The notes under the pieces are model-generated. The model saw only the letters and a list, made by a program, of their open reading frames with translations. It ran no database searches and had not been told where the DNA came from. From Methanocella sp. (GTDB taxonomy: Archaea > Thermoproteota > Bathyarchaeia > Bathyarchaeales > Bathycorpusculaceae): a stretch of 64,000 bases of DNA. The stretch spans positions 1 through 64,000 of the forward strand of contig JBLNCY010000006.1 in the NCBI GenBank assembly GCA_050261115.1. The letters run 5' to 3'. Made by a program: the position numbers and the translations under genes. This document shows positions 39,972 to 50,550 of the stretch, piece after piece (the stretch's first letter is position 1; each line of letters opens with the position of its first letter).

Positions 39972-41252
39972 CTAGAAAGAGATTTTTTCTGTGGAAGGTA
40001 TCTTTCCTAGCACTTTTGAGGTGGCTTTCTCGACTCTTGTGCGGTTCTCCGCATCTGTGTAGACGCGCAGTATGTTCATGAAGCCTTTAAGGGTCTCAAA
40101 AATCTTGGAGCTTTCACTTAACCGTTGAAGCTTCTTCTCCCCAGCGGGGCTCCGTGTAAAGACGGGAAGCTCAGTTGAACCCATCAAAACCGCATGATGG
40201 TAAGGCACAGAGGGCACCGTGGGCACATCGATAATAACAGCATCCAAACCAACGCCTGCCGCCTTAGCGATTTCCCCGCGGATCTTGTTGCGGTAGGATT
40301 CTTGCCTAAAAAGCTCAGAAATCATATCATCCTTTTCATAAAAGGTACGCTCATAGGCGCATTTGAGCATACGGCGGTTCTCAAGGTTATTTATGATTTC
40401 ATTGGAGGCACGGCACTTCCGCAGGGCACCCCAAATCGTGTAGTCATCTATTGCTAGATACTCCTCGGGAGTTTTGAATGAGGTTAAACGGAGTTCTTCA
40501 TTGGCTTTTTCCATGGCAGTAGAGAGCATAATCTGGGCAGCTCTCCCGACACGGTGGAAGTAGATACTCTTGAAAGACTCAATGCGGGCGATCACGAAGG
40601 CCTCAAGCGCCGACAAAGCCCCAAGCTCCACCGCAAGGTTTTCTCCCAAAAGGTCAAGGGCATGAATGAGCCGGTAAACATCGATGAAACCGTACTCGGC
40701 GCCAGTATGATACGTGTCACGGACGATGAAATCCATTTTGTCCACGTCTACAGCGCTGCTAATGATTTGGTCTAGGAACGCTCGGTCTTTGCGGTCGAGT
40801 TTTCCAACGGCTAGGGCAGCGATTTCTTTGGGGTTGTAGCCCATTTTTGCGAGTATGTCGGCGACTTCGCTTTTCTCTATTAGCCAGGATGTGATGTCTT
40901 CATGGGTCTTGTGTAATTCTTTTTGGAGTAGGTGCTCAAACACATGAGAGAAGGGTCCATGTCCGCAGTCATGCAGAAGCGCTGATATGCGGCACATATC
41001 GACTTCTTCACTACTGGCTACTTGGGAGATGTTAGGGTTTATGAGAACCTGCCCGGCCAAGTACATGACGCCTAGGCTGTGCTCAAAGCGGGTGTGATTG
41101 GCGCCGGGGTAGACGTATTCTGAGCCTGCCAATTGCCGTAGCCTTCGGAGGCGCTGCATGGGGTAGGTGTCGATTATGGCTTTTTCGTCCTCAGTAATGT
41201 ACACATAGCCGTGTACGGGATCTTTGATTTCTCCCCAGTAAACTTTAGGCAA
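39972..41252 (-). CDS. HD-domain phosphohydrolase (dNTP triphosphohydrolase/SAMHD1-like)
   Basis: DPVHG, QRLRR.RQL, HTRFEHSLG, LLHDCGHGPFSH, DVDKMDF..RD. Confidence 0.92.
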   Translation of the reverse strand: MPKVYWGEIKDPVHGYVYITEDEKAIIDTYPMQRLRRLRQLAGSEYVYPGANHTRFEHSLGVMYLAGQVLINPNISQVASSEEVDMCRISALLHDCGHGPFSHVFEHLLQKELHKTHEDITSWLIEKSEVADILAKMGYNPKEIAALAVGKLDRKDRAFLDQIISSAVDVDKMDFIVRDTYHTGAEYGFIDVYRLIHALDLLGENLAVELGALSALEAFVIARIESFKSIYFHRVGRAAQIMLSTAMEKANEELRLTSFKTPEEYLAIDDYTIWGALRKCRASNEIINNLENRRMLKCAYERTFYEKDDMISELFRQESYRNKIRGEIAKAAGVGLDAVIIDVPTVPSVPYHHAVLMGSTELPVFTRSPAGEKKLQRLSESSKIFETLKGFMNILRVYTDAENRTRVEKATSKVLGKIPSTEKISF

Positions 41253-41332
41253 GAGGCATCACCGTTTGGATGGTTTATTATTTAGGTAAGTCCCTATAAT
41301 GTGTAGCGCTAAGCACACTTGGCTGTGATTGT

Positions 41333-41941
41333 ATGATAAAAAAGGGACTATTTATTGTGATTGAAGGGTTAGATGGCAGCGGCAAAACCACACAGGCAGC
41401 ACTCATAGCAGAAAAACTCGCGAAAAACCATAACGTTCTCTTAACAGCTGAGCCTAGCAAAGGCAAAACGGGGACCTTTATCCGCGAATGCTGCCTCTAT
41501 GGCGATAAGCGTTTGCCTATCGAAGCCGAAGCACTACTGTTCGCGGCAGACCGCATCGAGCACATGTACAGCGAAGTAAAACCCGCGCTAGACGAGGGAA
41601 AAATTGTTATCTGTGACCGCTACATCTACTCTTCATTGGCCTATCAGGGCAATTCGGGGCTAAGTTTGGATTGGATAAAGACCATTAACGCCCGCGCGTT
41701 GCAGCCTGATATCTGCCTTTTTATCGATGTGCCGCCTGAAAAAGTCATTAAGCGACTGCAGCGTAAGAGGTCAGTTATGGAGACGCTGGAGACTCAGCGG
41801 AAGGTCAGGGAGGTCTACTTGAAGTATGTGGAGAAGGGCGAGCTTGTTAGGGTTGATGGAGATAAAGCAGTGGAGCTGGTCGCTGAGGAGCTGTTTAGGG
41901 TTGTTTGGGGTTTGATTGAAGCAGCCCAAAAATATGTCTAA
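41333..41941 (+). CDS. tmk: thymidylate kinase
   Basis: FIVIEGLDGSGKTT, LLFAADR, ICDRY..SS.AYQ. Confidence 0.95.
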   Translation: MIKKGLFIVIEGLDGSGKTTQAALIAEKLAKNHNVLLTAEPSKGKTGTFIRECCLYGDKRLPIEAEALLFAADRIEHMYSEVKPALDEGKIVICDRYIYSSLAYQGNSGLSLDWIKTINARALQPDICLFIDVPPEKVIKRLQRKRSVMETLETQRKVREVYLKYVEKGELVRVDGDKAVELVAEELFRVVWGLIEAAQKYV

Positions 41942-42035
41942 AAAGGGAAGTTGATGGGCTTTGTTAGACCAATACTGAATGTAGGATTGACGGCTACCTA
42001 TTTGCTTAAAAATAAAAATTAAAAGCAGAGGTTGG

Positions 42036-42368
42036 CTAATCCTTTAGCCCCATCATGGACATGGGATCATCGTGATCATGTTCATGCTCGCTTTCTTCGC
42101 TGATGTGATGTGCCACATGGAATCCTAACCCTGTTGAAGCACCTGCGGCTAACCCAACCAGCAGATAAGTTAACCAGTTATAGCCAAAAACCAAGCCGAC
42201 CACAGCTAACACGTCAAAAACAATTGCCATGGCAAGATAACCAGCACACCAGGTCTTCATGCTCATCCCACGGGGCTTGTTGATGCCGATGATGCCGAGA
42301 TAACCAAACATGATGATGAAACCGAGTAGGGCTATTATCAAGTTTATTGTGTTTGCATCTAGATCCAA
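42036..42368 (-). CDS. small three-TM membrane protein with His/acidic-rich tail
   Basis: TTG at 42368 preceded by GAGGGTGA; tail HVAHHISEESEHEHDHDD. Confidence 0.65.
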   Translation of the reverse strand: MDLDANTINLIIALLGFIIMFGYLGIIGINKPRGMSMKTWCAGYLAMAIVFDVLAVVGLVFGYNWLTYLLVGLAAGASTGLGFHVAHHISEESEHEHDHDDPMSMMGLKD

Positions 42369-42502
42369 ACCTTCACCCTCATAGCTGGCTATGTCCCGCT
42401 TGAGCTTAATTAGTCTATTGGGAAAAGCATCAAACATCGCAGAAACAGTAAGTTAAGCGATTAAATCTTTGCTAGCCTTTTTTAGTATCAACCTGTTGTT
42501 TA

Positions 42503-44644
42503 TTGCCCTTAAGGCGTGGATGCATGAACTTTGACGTTAGGCACTGCCATAAATGGGCACAACTTCTAAACGAACGCAAAGCCAAACTAAACCAAGCATT
42601 AGAAGCGATTGAGAACCGAGAATTCCAAGCGGCTAAGTCCCTTGTCGCCCAGATCTTCGGTGGAGCCGCGGCAAAAGGGTCTGACCCCGGCATGGGAGGC
42701 TCCCTCCTCTACCACATGGCTATGGTAAGCAAGATGGAGTCCGAAACCCAAGTGCTACTTGACGAGTTGCACGTAAAGCAGCCAGACGTCTCAGCAGGTC
42801 TCAACCGGATATACGGCGACTTCTACGCCGACGCCCAAGAATTAACCAAAGAATTCATGCACTTAAACTACAGTGCCGATGTGATCGCCAAAACCAAGCG
42901 TCTTGATAGCGAAGAAAAAATCGCCCTATTTACCAAACTCAGAGAAGCACAGATACAGATCGAAAACCAGCTAACCAATAAGGATCCCAAGGCAGCCCGA
43001 GCCCTAGAGAAACTCTTTGACGACTGGGCGCAGCAAGTGGTGCTTATGAGGTTTATCCAAGAATATGAGACCATCAAAGGTCTCCTTACCCTTACCGAAC
43101 TGGTAAAGACCCATGGATATGAAACTGTTGAAACCGCCATGAAAAAGGTAAAAGACGAGTTCGGCCAAAAAACCGTCAGCATCGCATTAGAAGTTACGCT
43201 TCGAGTTGGCATGCGCCGCGAAAGACTCCAATCAGTCATGCTAGCAGACCACTGGATCAACATGGCCATGGATGGCTCCACGCTTGACGGTAGGATGGAG
43301 TTTCTCAACTGCCCCATCCACGGCGGCCACCACTACGCCCAAGAAAAATATGGCATAGACCCCAAAGTTTCAACCTTGTTCTGTAACAATTTCTGTTTTG
43401 CACACGCCAAAGCCATGCTTGACATAGTCCTCCCGTTCCCGTTCACGCTTTGGCAGCCTAAATTGATGGCTAAAGACGGCGTATGCGAATACTACCTTAA
43501 ACTCGCCTATTCACCCCAAGCACAAACCCAAGAACGCTATGTCCCACTTGTAATGTCCTATAACGTCACACGCGAATGCAACCTGAAATGCAGCCACTGC
43601 TACATTAACGCCACCGACAAAAAAGCAACCGACGAATTAACCACAAAAGAAGCCAAGGAAGTCATTGACCAAATCTATCAAGTCAGCAGCCCCCTGCTCA
43701 TCTTAAGCGGCGGCGAACCACTCCTACGACCAGACATCTTTGAACTCATCGAATATGGCTCCAAGAAAGGCCTAAAGATAGGTTTAGGAAGCAACGGCTA
43801 CTTGATTGATGATGCTTGCGCAAAGAGACTCAAAGAGGCAGGCATAGCCACCGTCTCAATCAGCATAGACTCAAGCATACCCCAGCAGCATGATGAGTTC
43901 CGGGGAGTAAAGGGCGCATGGGAAAGAGCAGTCAACGCCTGCAAAGCCCTACGAAAGCACGGCGTACTAGTTCAAGTTAACACCACCCTAACCCATGACA
44001 ACTATAACCAAATAAACGACATCATGACCCTCGCAGAGTCGGTCGGGGTTGAAAACTTCCACCTCTTCTTCTTAGTACCAACGGGTCGAGGCGTCAAGTT
44101 AACTGACATTTCACCGCAAAAATACGAAGACATGATAACCAACACCTTCGCAAAAGTGCATAAACACAGATTAAATGTCCGCCCCAGTTGTGCGCCTCAG
44201 TTCATGCGTATTGCGCAGGGCATGGGCTTGGATATGAGGCAATGGATGCGTGGTTGCCTTGCAGGTATGCATTACTGCCGCATCTACCCCAACGGCGACA
44301 TAACCCCCTGCCCCTATCTGCCAATCAAGCTGGGCAACGTAAAGGAGCAGAGCTTCAAAGACATCTGGTTTAACTCAGAAGTGTTCAAGAACCTCCGCAA
44401 CCCAGAGTGCCTTAAAGGCAAATGCGGCAAATGCAATTACAAAGTAATCTGCGGCGGCTGTAGAGCACGAGCGTATGGCCTCTCCCATGACTTCATCGAC
44501 TACTGCGGAGACCTAAACGTGCCCGGAGTTCAAACTAAAGACTACATGGCTGAGGACCCATGGTGTGTCCATAAACCAAACGCCGAACCAAACAAAGCAA
44601 AAAAGGACGCTTTGAACAGAAAGGAGTCGCTAAAATCAGCCTAA
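42503..44644 (+). CDS. radical SAM/SPASM protein (AhbC/AhbD/NirJ-like) with ~340-aa N-terminal extension
   Basis: CNLKCSHC, SGGEPLLR, RPSCAPQF, GCLAG, PCPYLP, CGKC...CGGCRARAY, EDPWC. Confidence 0.88.
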   Translation: MPLRRGCMNFDVRHCHKWAQLLNERKAKLNQALEAIENREFQAAKSLVAQIFGGAAAKGSDPGMGGSLLYHMAMVSKMESETQVLLDELHVKQPDVSAGLNRIYGDFYADAQELTKEFMHLNYSADVIAKTKRLDSEEKIALFTKLREAQIQIENQLTNKDPKAARALEKLFDDWAQQVVLMRFIQEYETIKGLLTLTELVKTHGYETVETAMKKVKDEFGQKTVSIALEVTLRVGMRRERLQSVMLADHWINMAMDGSTLDGRMEFLNCPIHGGHHYAQEKYGIDPKVSTLFCNNFCFAHAKAMLDIVLPFPFTLWQPKLMAKDGVCEYYLKLAYSPQAQTQERYVPLVMSYNVTRECNLKCSHCYINATDKKATDELTTKEAKEVIDQIYQVSSPLLILSGGEPLLRPDIFELIEYGSKKGLKIGLGSNGYLIDDACAKRLKEAGIATVSISIDSSIPQQHDEFRGVKGAWERAVNACKALRKHGVLVQVNTTLTHDNYNQINDIMTLAESVGVENFHLFFLVPTGRGVKLTDISPQKYEDMITNTFAKVHKHRLNVRPSCAPQFMRIAQGMGLDMRQWMRGCLAGMHYCRIYPNGDITPCPYLPIKLGNVKEQSFKDIWFNSEVFKNLRNPECLKGKCGKCNYKVICGGCRARAYGLSHDFIDYCGDLNVPGVQTKDYMAEDPWCVHKPNAEPNKAKKDALNRKESLKSA

Positions 44645-44721
44645 GTCATCCCTAGCTTTTTATAATGCTTATTTTGGATTCATCAACAATATAAAGCCAT
44701 AAGCAAGCTATAAGGGGTATA

Positions 44722-44735
44722 GTAGGGTACCCTAC
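44722..44735. promoter_or_regulatory. perfect 14-bp palindrome GTAGGGTACCCTAC
   Basis: Lies between a TATAAG at 44710 and the ATG at 44744. Confidence 0.4.
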
Positions 44736-44743
44736 GGTGCACG

Positions 44744-45107
44744 ATGGGTGAGAAAAAAAACTTGCATGCCCAAGCGCTTCCTGCAACAAAACAATCACAA
44801 GACTGATCAAAACATTGAATTTGCAGGATAATCTACCTGAACCATATTACGCCTGCCCTTTCTACCTAACAAAGATAGAAACAGCTGAACTAAACAGCCC
44901 ATAGCATCAAGCTCCGCAGCGTTACCGCCAAAAGAGGAAATTAAACAGGAAGAAAAAATATCAAGAAGCGGCGATATGCCCGGGTCTTGTCCTTATCATT
45001 TGAGTTACTTGAGTGAACAGACGTAGAAGGATATACCTGAAGGCTGCATAGTATGCATGGATATTGTTTCTTGTATGCTCAAGAAAATGCGGGAAGCACA
45101 GGGCTGA
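44744..45107 (+). pseudogene. degraded Cys-rich (Zn-binding) small protein gene
   Basis: Pieces LACPSASCNKTITRLIKTLNLQ..PEPYYACPFY, then CPYHLSYLSEQT*KDIPEGCIVCMDIVSCML; needs frameshifts at the A8 run (44753-44760) and near 44890 and has a TAG at 45024-45026. Confidence 0.6.
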
Positions 45108-45188
45108 CAAGCGGCGTCACCTATGTGAAGGTACTTAACGTTAAAAAGTAGAGAAAGGAAAATTTTTTGGGAAAAAAAGAAAAAATGC

Positions 45189-45530
45189 TTATTTCTTCTT
45201 CTTTGCAGATTCTTCGGTGGCTTCTTCGGATGCAGACGCTGGTTCTTTCTTGTCTTCGATTTCAGTTGTGATCTCTTCGATTGGCTTTGGCGGGGGGGTC
45301 GTTGCCATTGTCCAGCCGATCCATGCGCCGATGAAGAGTATAGCAACAAAGGCGACTAATACAGGTGCAGCGACAAGCCAATAGCTAACTGTTTCTGGCT
45401 CTAGTATTTTTAGTGCGGGCACCTGTTGGATAAGCCATGAATAACCGAACATTCCGACCAAGTAAAGAATAGCGACGACTGTACATACGACTAGAATAGC
45501 TCCACCGATTGCTTGATCTTTGCTAACCAT
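45189..45530 (-). CDS. conserved archaeal two-TM membrane protein
   Basis: SKDQAIGG..., WIGWTMATTPPPKPIEEI motif. Confidence 0.8.
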   Translation of the reverse strand: MVSKDQAIGGAILVVCTVVAILYLVGMFGYSWLIQQVPALKILEPETVSYWLVAAPVLVAFVAILFIGAWIGWTMATTPPPKPIEEITTEIEDKKEPASASEEATEESAKKKK

Positions 45531-45612
45531 TCAGTAATTCACCACGATAGTTAGTAGCCATGTATTCGCTTAATAGATTTAAAGTTTGTCATAATAGACA
45601 AATAATGGGTTG

Positions 45613-46869
45613 TTAGGTAGTGCCCATTTCCCATGTGGACAGGTACCGTTTCTGCTCCTCAGTTAATACGTCGATAGCGATGCCCATGCTCTGCAGTTTC
45701 AACTCAGCGATCTTTTCATCGATGTCTTTGGGAACAACGTAAACTTTGGTTTCAAGCTTCTCTGATTTGGCGACGAATTCACTGCAAAGAGCCTGATTAG
45801 CAAAGGACATGTCCATGACTTCAGAGGGGTGACCTTCGGCTGCAGCGAGGTTAACTAATCGGCCTTCGCCTAGAAGATAGAGATGGCGATTATCGTGGGT
45901 TGTGTATTCATCCATGTTGGGGCGCATGGTTCGCTTGGATTTGCTTATGGATTCAAGGTCCGGGATGTTTATTTCGACGTTAAAGTGACCGCTGTTGCAC
46001 ATTATGGCGCCGTCCTTCATCTTCTCGAAGTGCTCTTTGCGGATGACATTTATGTCGCCAGTGGCTGTGACGAATATATCACCTATTGGAGCAGCCTCAG
46101 CCATAGTCATAACCCGGAAACCGTTCATAACAGCTTCAAGTGCGCGAGTTGGCTGTACCTCGGTGACGATGACGTTTGCGCCTAAGCCCTGTGCGCGCAT
46201 AGCTATGCCTCTGCTACACCAGCCATATCCGCCGACGACGAAGTTTTTGCCCGCCAGAAGCACGCTGGTTGCGCGTAGAATGCCGTCGATAGTGCTTTGG
46301 CCGGTGCCATAGCGGTTGTCAAAGAGGTATTTGGTAAGGGCTTCGTTTACAGCTATGATGGGATATTTGAGGCTGCCGTCTTGCTCCATGGCTTTTAGTC
46401 GAACCACGCCTGTGGTGGTTTCTTCGGTTCCGCCCTTGATGTTTTCTATAAGGTCGGTGCGTTTGCTGTGAATCATGCCGACGACGTCTGCGCCGTCATC
46501 CATGGTGATGGTGGGTTTGTATTCGAGGACGTTTTCAATGCATTTGTAGTAGTCCTCGGTGTTTTGACCCCGCCAAGCGTAGACATGAACGCCGCTATCT
46601 GCAAGCGCTGCAGCTACGTCATCTTGTGTTGAAAGCGGGTTTGAGCCACATAAGGCTACTTTGGCGCCTCCAGCTATGAGTACTTTGATAAGTACTGCGG
46701 TTTCTTTGGTTACATGGAGGCAGGCTGCGAGGGTTTGGCCTTCGAGCGGTTTTTCTTTCTCAAACCTTTGTTTGATAATGTTTAGTACGGGCATATGTTT
46801 GGCTGCCCATTCAATCTGTAAATGACCTTGTGGTGCTAGCTTTATGTCTTTAACTTGGTAGTCTTCCAT
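45613..46869 (-). CDS. ahcY: S-adenosylhomocysteine hydrolase
   Basis: [40 protein letters not shown]. Confidence 0.97.
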   Translation of the reverse strand: MEDYQVKDIKLAPQGHLQIEWAAKHMPVLNIIKQRFEKEKPLEGQTLAACLHVTKETAVLIKVLIAGGAKVALCGSNPLSTQDDVAAALADSGVHVYAWRGQNTEDYYKCIENVLEYKPTITMDDGADVVGMIHSKRTDLIENIKGGTEETTTGVVRLKAMEQDGSLKYPIIAVNEALTKYLFDNRYGTGQSTIDGILRATSVLLAGKNFVVGGYGWCSRGIAMRAQGLGANVIVTEVQPTRALEAVMNGFRVMTMAEAAPIGDIFVTATGDINVIRKEHFEKMKDGAIMCNSGHFNVEINIPDLESISKSKRTMRPNMDEYTTHDNRHLYLLGEGRLVNLAAAEGHPSEVMDMSFANQALCSEFVAKSEKLETKVYVVPKDIDEKIAELKLQSMGIAIDVLTEEQKRYLSTWEMGTT

Positions 46870-47020
46870 GAAGAGTTCCTTCTTTTAAAAGACAGTTGGG
46901 GGGTCTCCTTATTTAGAATTTACCTACGTTTCATAAGGTGTAAGGTATGGCGAGCGGTGGCTTGCACAGAAAAAGTTAAAGTACACCCCTACCCAAGCTA
47001 ACCGTGAAGGGAAATACCGC

Positions 47021-47626
47021 GTGAGTGAGCCTTTTGAAGCCTTCATAGAAGCCAACATAGAACCCAACACACTGTTGATTACCTGTGGATTACCTGCCAG
47101 CTACAAGACTGGAATCGCCCAGGAAATCTCCAAACGGAAAGGGTATCCTATTCTGCGAAGTGACCTCATACGGCTAGAAGTGCTAAAAGACCAAGACATC
47201 TTTGACACTAAAGTAGCCGGCAACATGGATAAGCGTCTATCGGTCTATGAGGAAATGTTTAGACGCGCCGACGAGTTAGCCTCAAGAGGCCAAAGAGACA
47301 TAATTCTGGATGCGACATTTGTCACTGAAGACCTCAGGCTCCAGGCAGCAGAGATAGCAGCAAAGCACAACATGTCCTTTGTAATCGTGGAAACAAGCTG
47401 CCCCCAGGAGGTTGCGCTGGAAAGAATAAAGAAACGCACCAAAGAAAAATATGAATCCAACGCCCTAACCGAAGAAGCCTACTGGGCAAACAAGAAAAAA
47501 TACCAACCAGTTAACGTGGATGAGATCAAAAAAAGGTTCCCAACCCTCAATGTAATGCACATAACCGTAGACACCTGCCAATACGGCATGGCTAACTGGC
47601 GCATAGTAAAAGTCGAAAAGAGGTAA
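47021..47626 (+). CDS. AAA_33/COG0645-like nucleotide kinase-fold protein
   Basis: CGLPASYKT variant Walker A, LRSDLIR, ILDATF. Confidence 0.8.
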   Translation: MSEPFEAFIEANIEPNTLLITCGLPASYKTGIAQEISKRKGYPILRSDLIRLEVLKDQDIFDTKVAGNMDKRLSVYEEMFRRADELASRGQRDIILDATFVTEDLRLQAAEIAAKHNMSFVIVETSCPQEVALERIKKRTKEKYESNALTEEAYWANKKKYQPVNVDEIKKRFPTLNVMHITVDTCQYGMANWRIVKVEKR

Positions 47627-47634
47627 AAGTCCAA

Positions 47635-48510
47635 TTGGCAATCGACTTACATATTCACTCAAGCGCATCTGACGGCAAACTATCCCCCCAAGAACTAATC
47701 AACCAAGCCAAAGCCCGTCAGGTTGCTTTTATGTCAATCACAGACCACGACAACATCAGTTGCCAAGAAGCCGCAATAAATGCAGCTAAAGCCGCAGGCA
47801 TAGATTACGTGACCGGCGTTGAACTTAACGTCACCTTCGCAAACCTCAAATATAAAGAGGGCAAACCGTTCTCGCTGGATTTTCTGGGCTACCAATTCAA
47901 CCCAGAAGACAAAGCGCTGGAGAAAAAGCTTGGCTTGATGGTGAAGTACCGTGAAGAACGCGCCGCCAAAATCCTTGCCAACCTCAACGCTGAATTCAGA
48001 AAAGAAAACATTTCCCCGCTAACCCCCCAAGATCTGTACAGGATTCAAGAGAATGTTGAGGGCAGTTTGGGGCGACCTCATATCGCTGACTACCTTGTCC
48101 AGAAGGGGATAGTGGCAGACCGCATGGAAGCCTTCGAAAAGTACCTCGTCAAATGTGACGTTCCCAAGTACCCGCTGCACCTCGAAGAGGCCTCCAAACT
48201 GGTCAGAGACGCAGGCGGAAAACTGGTTTTGGCGCATCCCTGTGATGCATGCGGCATTTCGCTTTTGCCAATAACCAAGGGGCTAGCAGAACAAACCCAG
48301 ATAATCCAAGAAACCATGCTACCCTACATCGACGGCATTGAGTGCTGGCACCCAAGCCATACCCCAGAATCAACACGCCATTACGTAGACTTCGCCAAGA
48401 AGCATGGGTTACTCATGACCGGCGGCAGCGACTGCCACCAAAAACCCATCATAATCGGCACCACAGAGGTACCGGGCTGGGTTGCTAAGCAGTTTAGGAA
48501 ATGGAATTAG
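47635..48510 (+). CDS. PHP-domain phosphoesterase (TrpH/YciV-like)
   Basis: DLHIHS.ASDG, ITDHD, GVE, GRPHIA, LAHP, GGSDCH. Confidence 0.92.
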   Translation: MAIDLHIHSSASDGKLSPQELINQAKARQVAFMSITDHDNISCQEAAINAAKAAGIDYVTGVELNVTFANLKYKEGKPFSLDFLGYQFNPEDKALEKKLGLMVKYREERAAKILANLNAEFRKENISPLTPQDLYRIQENVEGSLGRPHIADYLVQKGIVADRMEAFEKYLVKCDVPKYPLHLEEASKLVRDAGGKLVLAHPCDACGISLLPITKGLAEQTQIIQETMLPYIDGIECWHPSHTPESTRHYVDFAKKHGLLMTGGSDCHQKPIIIGTTEVPGWVAKQFRKWN

Positions 48511-49514
48511 AGGTTTTTTGCGTACTGCAATGCTAGCTTGAAGTATGCTTGGGCATCTTTTGTTGCGGCTTGCTTGTCTTGGGCGGTTATGTTTGGGTCG
48601 TCGAGTCGGAAGCTTATAACTTTGCCTCTGACGTAGGCGCGGTAGCACTTGTAGAATGGCAACAGCGTCTTTAGCTGGGCGTCTTTTGAGTACTGTAGGT
48701 ATTGGTTGATGAAGTAGTGGGCTAAATCGGCGCGGTTTTGATAGTCGAGGTCCATGGCTAGGAAGGCTACGTCTGCGGCGACGTCGCTGTAGCGGAAGCG
48801 GTCGTTGAATTCTATGGCGTCAAAAATGCAGATCTGGGGGGTTATGAATATGTTGCCTGAGTGAAGGTCGCCATGGCAGTCGCGAATCTGCCCCTCAGCC
48901 ATGCGTGCCTCAAAAAGCGCATGGTTTGCTTCCATGAAGGTGTTGATTTGGGTTTGTATAAACTCGTAGTCCTCGCTGCTTAGGGTTTGCCCTATGTATT
49001 TGGTTGTTTGGGCAAAGTTTTCTTCCCAGTTAAACCGGGTTGCTTTGATGCCGCCGATTTCGGTTATCTCGGCGTTTGTTTGGGCCGCGGCGTGGAATTT
49101 GGAGACGATGGCGGCTATATCGTCGATAGTTTTCTTGTCGACTTTGCCCTCTTGGAGGAGTTGGGTCATGATGCAATCTTTGGGTAAGCGCTTCATTTTC
49201 AGCGCGTACTCGACGACTTCGCCGGAACCGCCTATTTTTAGGTGGTCTGATTTGTTTATGGAGACGACTCCGAGGTATATCTCGGGGCAGAGGCGCCTGT
49301 TTAGTTGGAGTTCTTTTTCACAATAGTGTTTTCTTTTTTCGAGGGTGGAGAAGTCTAGGAAGCCAAAGTTAACGGGTTTTTTGATTTTGTAAACGTAGTT
49401 TTCTGTTAGGAAGATAAAGGAGATGTGGGTTTGGATTAGGTCAATTTTTTCGGTTTCTTCGGGATATGTTTGGGGATTGAGCATCGCAGTGACTAGGGGG
49501 TTTTGGGTTTGCAT
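48507..49514 (-). CDS. COG2187-like aminoglycoside-phosphotransferase-fold protein
   Basis: QTHISF, YKIKKPV.FGFLDF, E..LNRRL, DCHGDLHSGNI, FDAIEFNDRFR, YRAYVRGKV. Confidence 0.88.
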   Translation of the reverse strand: MQTQNPLVTAMLNPQTYPEETEKIDLIQTHISFIFLTENYVYKIKKPVNFGFLDFSTLEKRKHYCEKELQLNRRLCPEIYLGVVSINKSDHLKIGGSGEVVEYALKMKRLPKDCIMTQLLQEGKVDKKTIDDIAAIVSKFHAAAQTNAEITEIGGIKATRFNWEENFAQTTKYIGQTLSSEDYEFIQTQINTFMEANHALFEARMAEGQIRDCHGDLHSGNIFITPQICIFDAIEFNDRFRYSDVAADVAFLAMDLDYQNRADLAHYFINQYLQYSKDAQLKTLLPFYKCYRAYVRGKVISFRLDDPNITAQDKQAATKDAQAYFKLALQYAKNL

Positions 49515-49747
49515 GCTTGTGCATCCTTTTGGTATATTTGGGGTGGCTAGTCAATAAAGGTGCTTGTGTTTATGTGTACAACGGTTCTAAGTTCAATCGG
49601 CATAACGCCGACATGATAGCTTTATATTTTTGATAGAATTTTTCATTTGATTAATAATGAGTAAAAAGCGTTTGAGGTATTAAGGAAAAAACTACTGGAT
49701 AGTGGCTATTCAGACGAGTTAGCCGCAAAAATCGTCAACTGTTACGC

Positions 49748-50362
49748 TCAATTCTTGAATCCTTGAACGTAATCTAGAACTTTGTTTGCTTCCTCCTCAG
49801 ATATATGCTTGCTCGTCTCCAACGAGTGAACAATATCAGTGATTTTTGCTAGAGCATGGATTTTGTAGCCGAGTTGCTCGAGTTTCTCTTTGCCGCCCTG
49901 CTCACGGTTAACGACCACAAGCATATGTTTCACATTAGCACCCAGCTCCGTTAAGGGTTTTATACCCTCGATCTTTGAGAGACCTTCGCTGATAACATCA
50001 TCAAAGAAAAGCACATTATCACCTTTGGCTATGTCTGCGCCGGCGATGCGGCCAGTAACCCCGTAGGCTTTCTCTTCTTTACGGACGATAACACAGGGTA
50101 AGTTGAGTTTAATGCCGATGCTGGGTATGATTAGGGCGCCTTTTAGTTCGATGGAAGCTAGCTTGTTGATTGGGTCGGGGATTTCCCTGATTTTTTGTGC
50201 TGCTACTTCTGCGAGTATGTCTAGCTGTTTGGGTGCGGCTAGTACGCGGGCCATGTCGATGTAGTAGGGGCTGATGGCTCCAGATTTGATTTTGAAGCTG
50301 CCGAACTTTATGCAGCCGGATTGGTATAGTGCGTTTGCGACTTTGTCGGTTGTTGTGGACAT
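49748..50362 (-). CDS. pyrE: orotate phosphoribosyltransferase
   Basis: FG.F..KSG..SPYYID, RKEEK.YG, FDDVISEG.S PRPP motif. Confidence 0.9.
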   Translation of the reverse strand: MSTTTDKVANALYQSGCIKFGSFKIKSGAISPYYIDMARVLAAPKQLDILAEVAAQKIREIPDPINKLASIELKGALIIPSIGIKLNLPCVIVRKEEKAYGVTGRIAGADIAKGDNVLFFDDVISEGLSKIEGIKPLTELGANVKHMLVVVNREQGGKEKLEQLGYKIHALAKITDIVHSLETSKHISEEEANKVLDYVQGFKN

Positions 50363-50550
50363 AGAGTGTTCCCCTATGTGAATGGGTAGCTAGGAATTTA
50401 ACCCTTTAGCAGATATGTAAACTGCAGCGCAACTGACCCAGCGTAAAAAGATACTTTTCGGTTGTCTGGGAAGTAAGGACAAAAGCTATTGAAATATAGT
50501 AGAGTCAGCGTAAAATATCTAAAGGAAAATAAAATTAGGGAAGGATTGGT

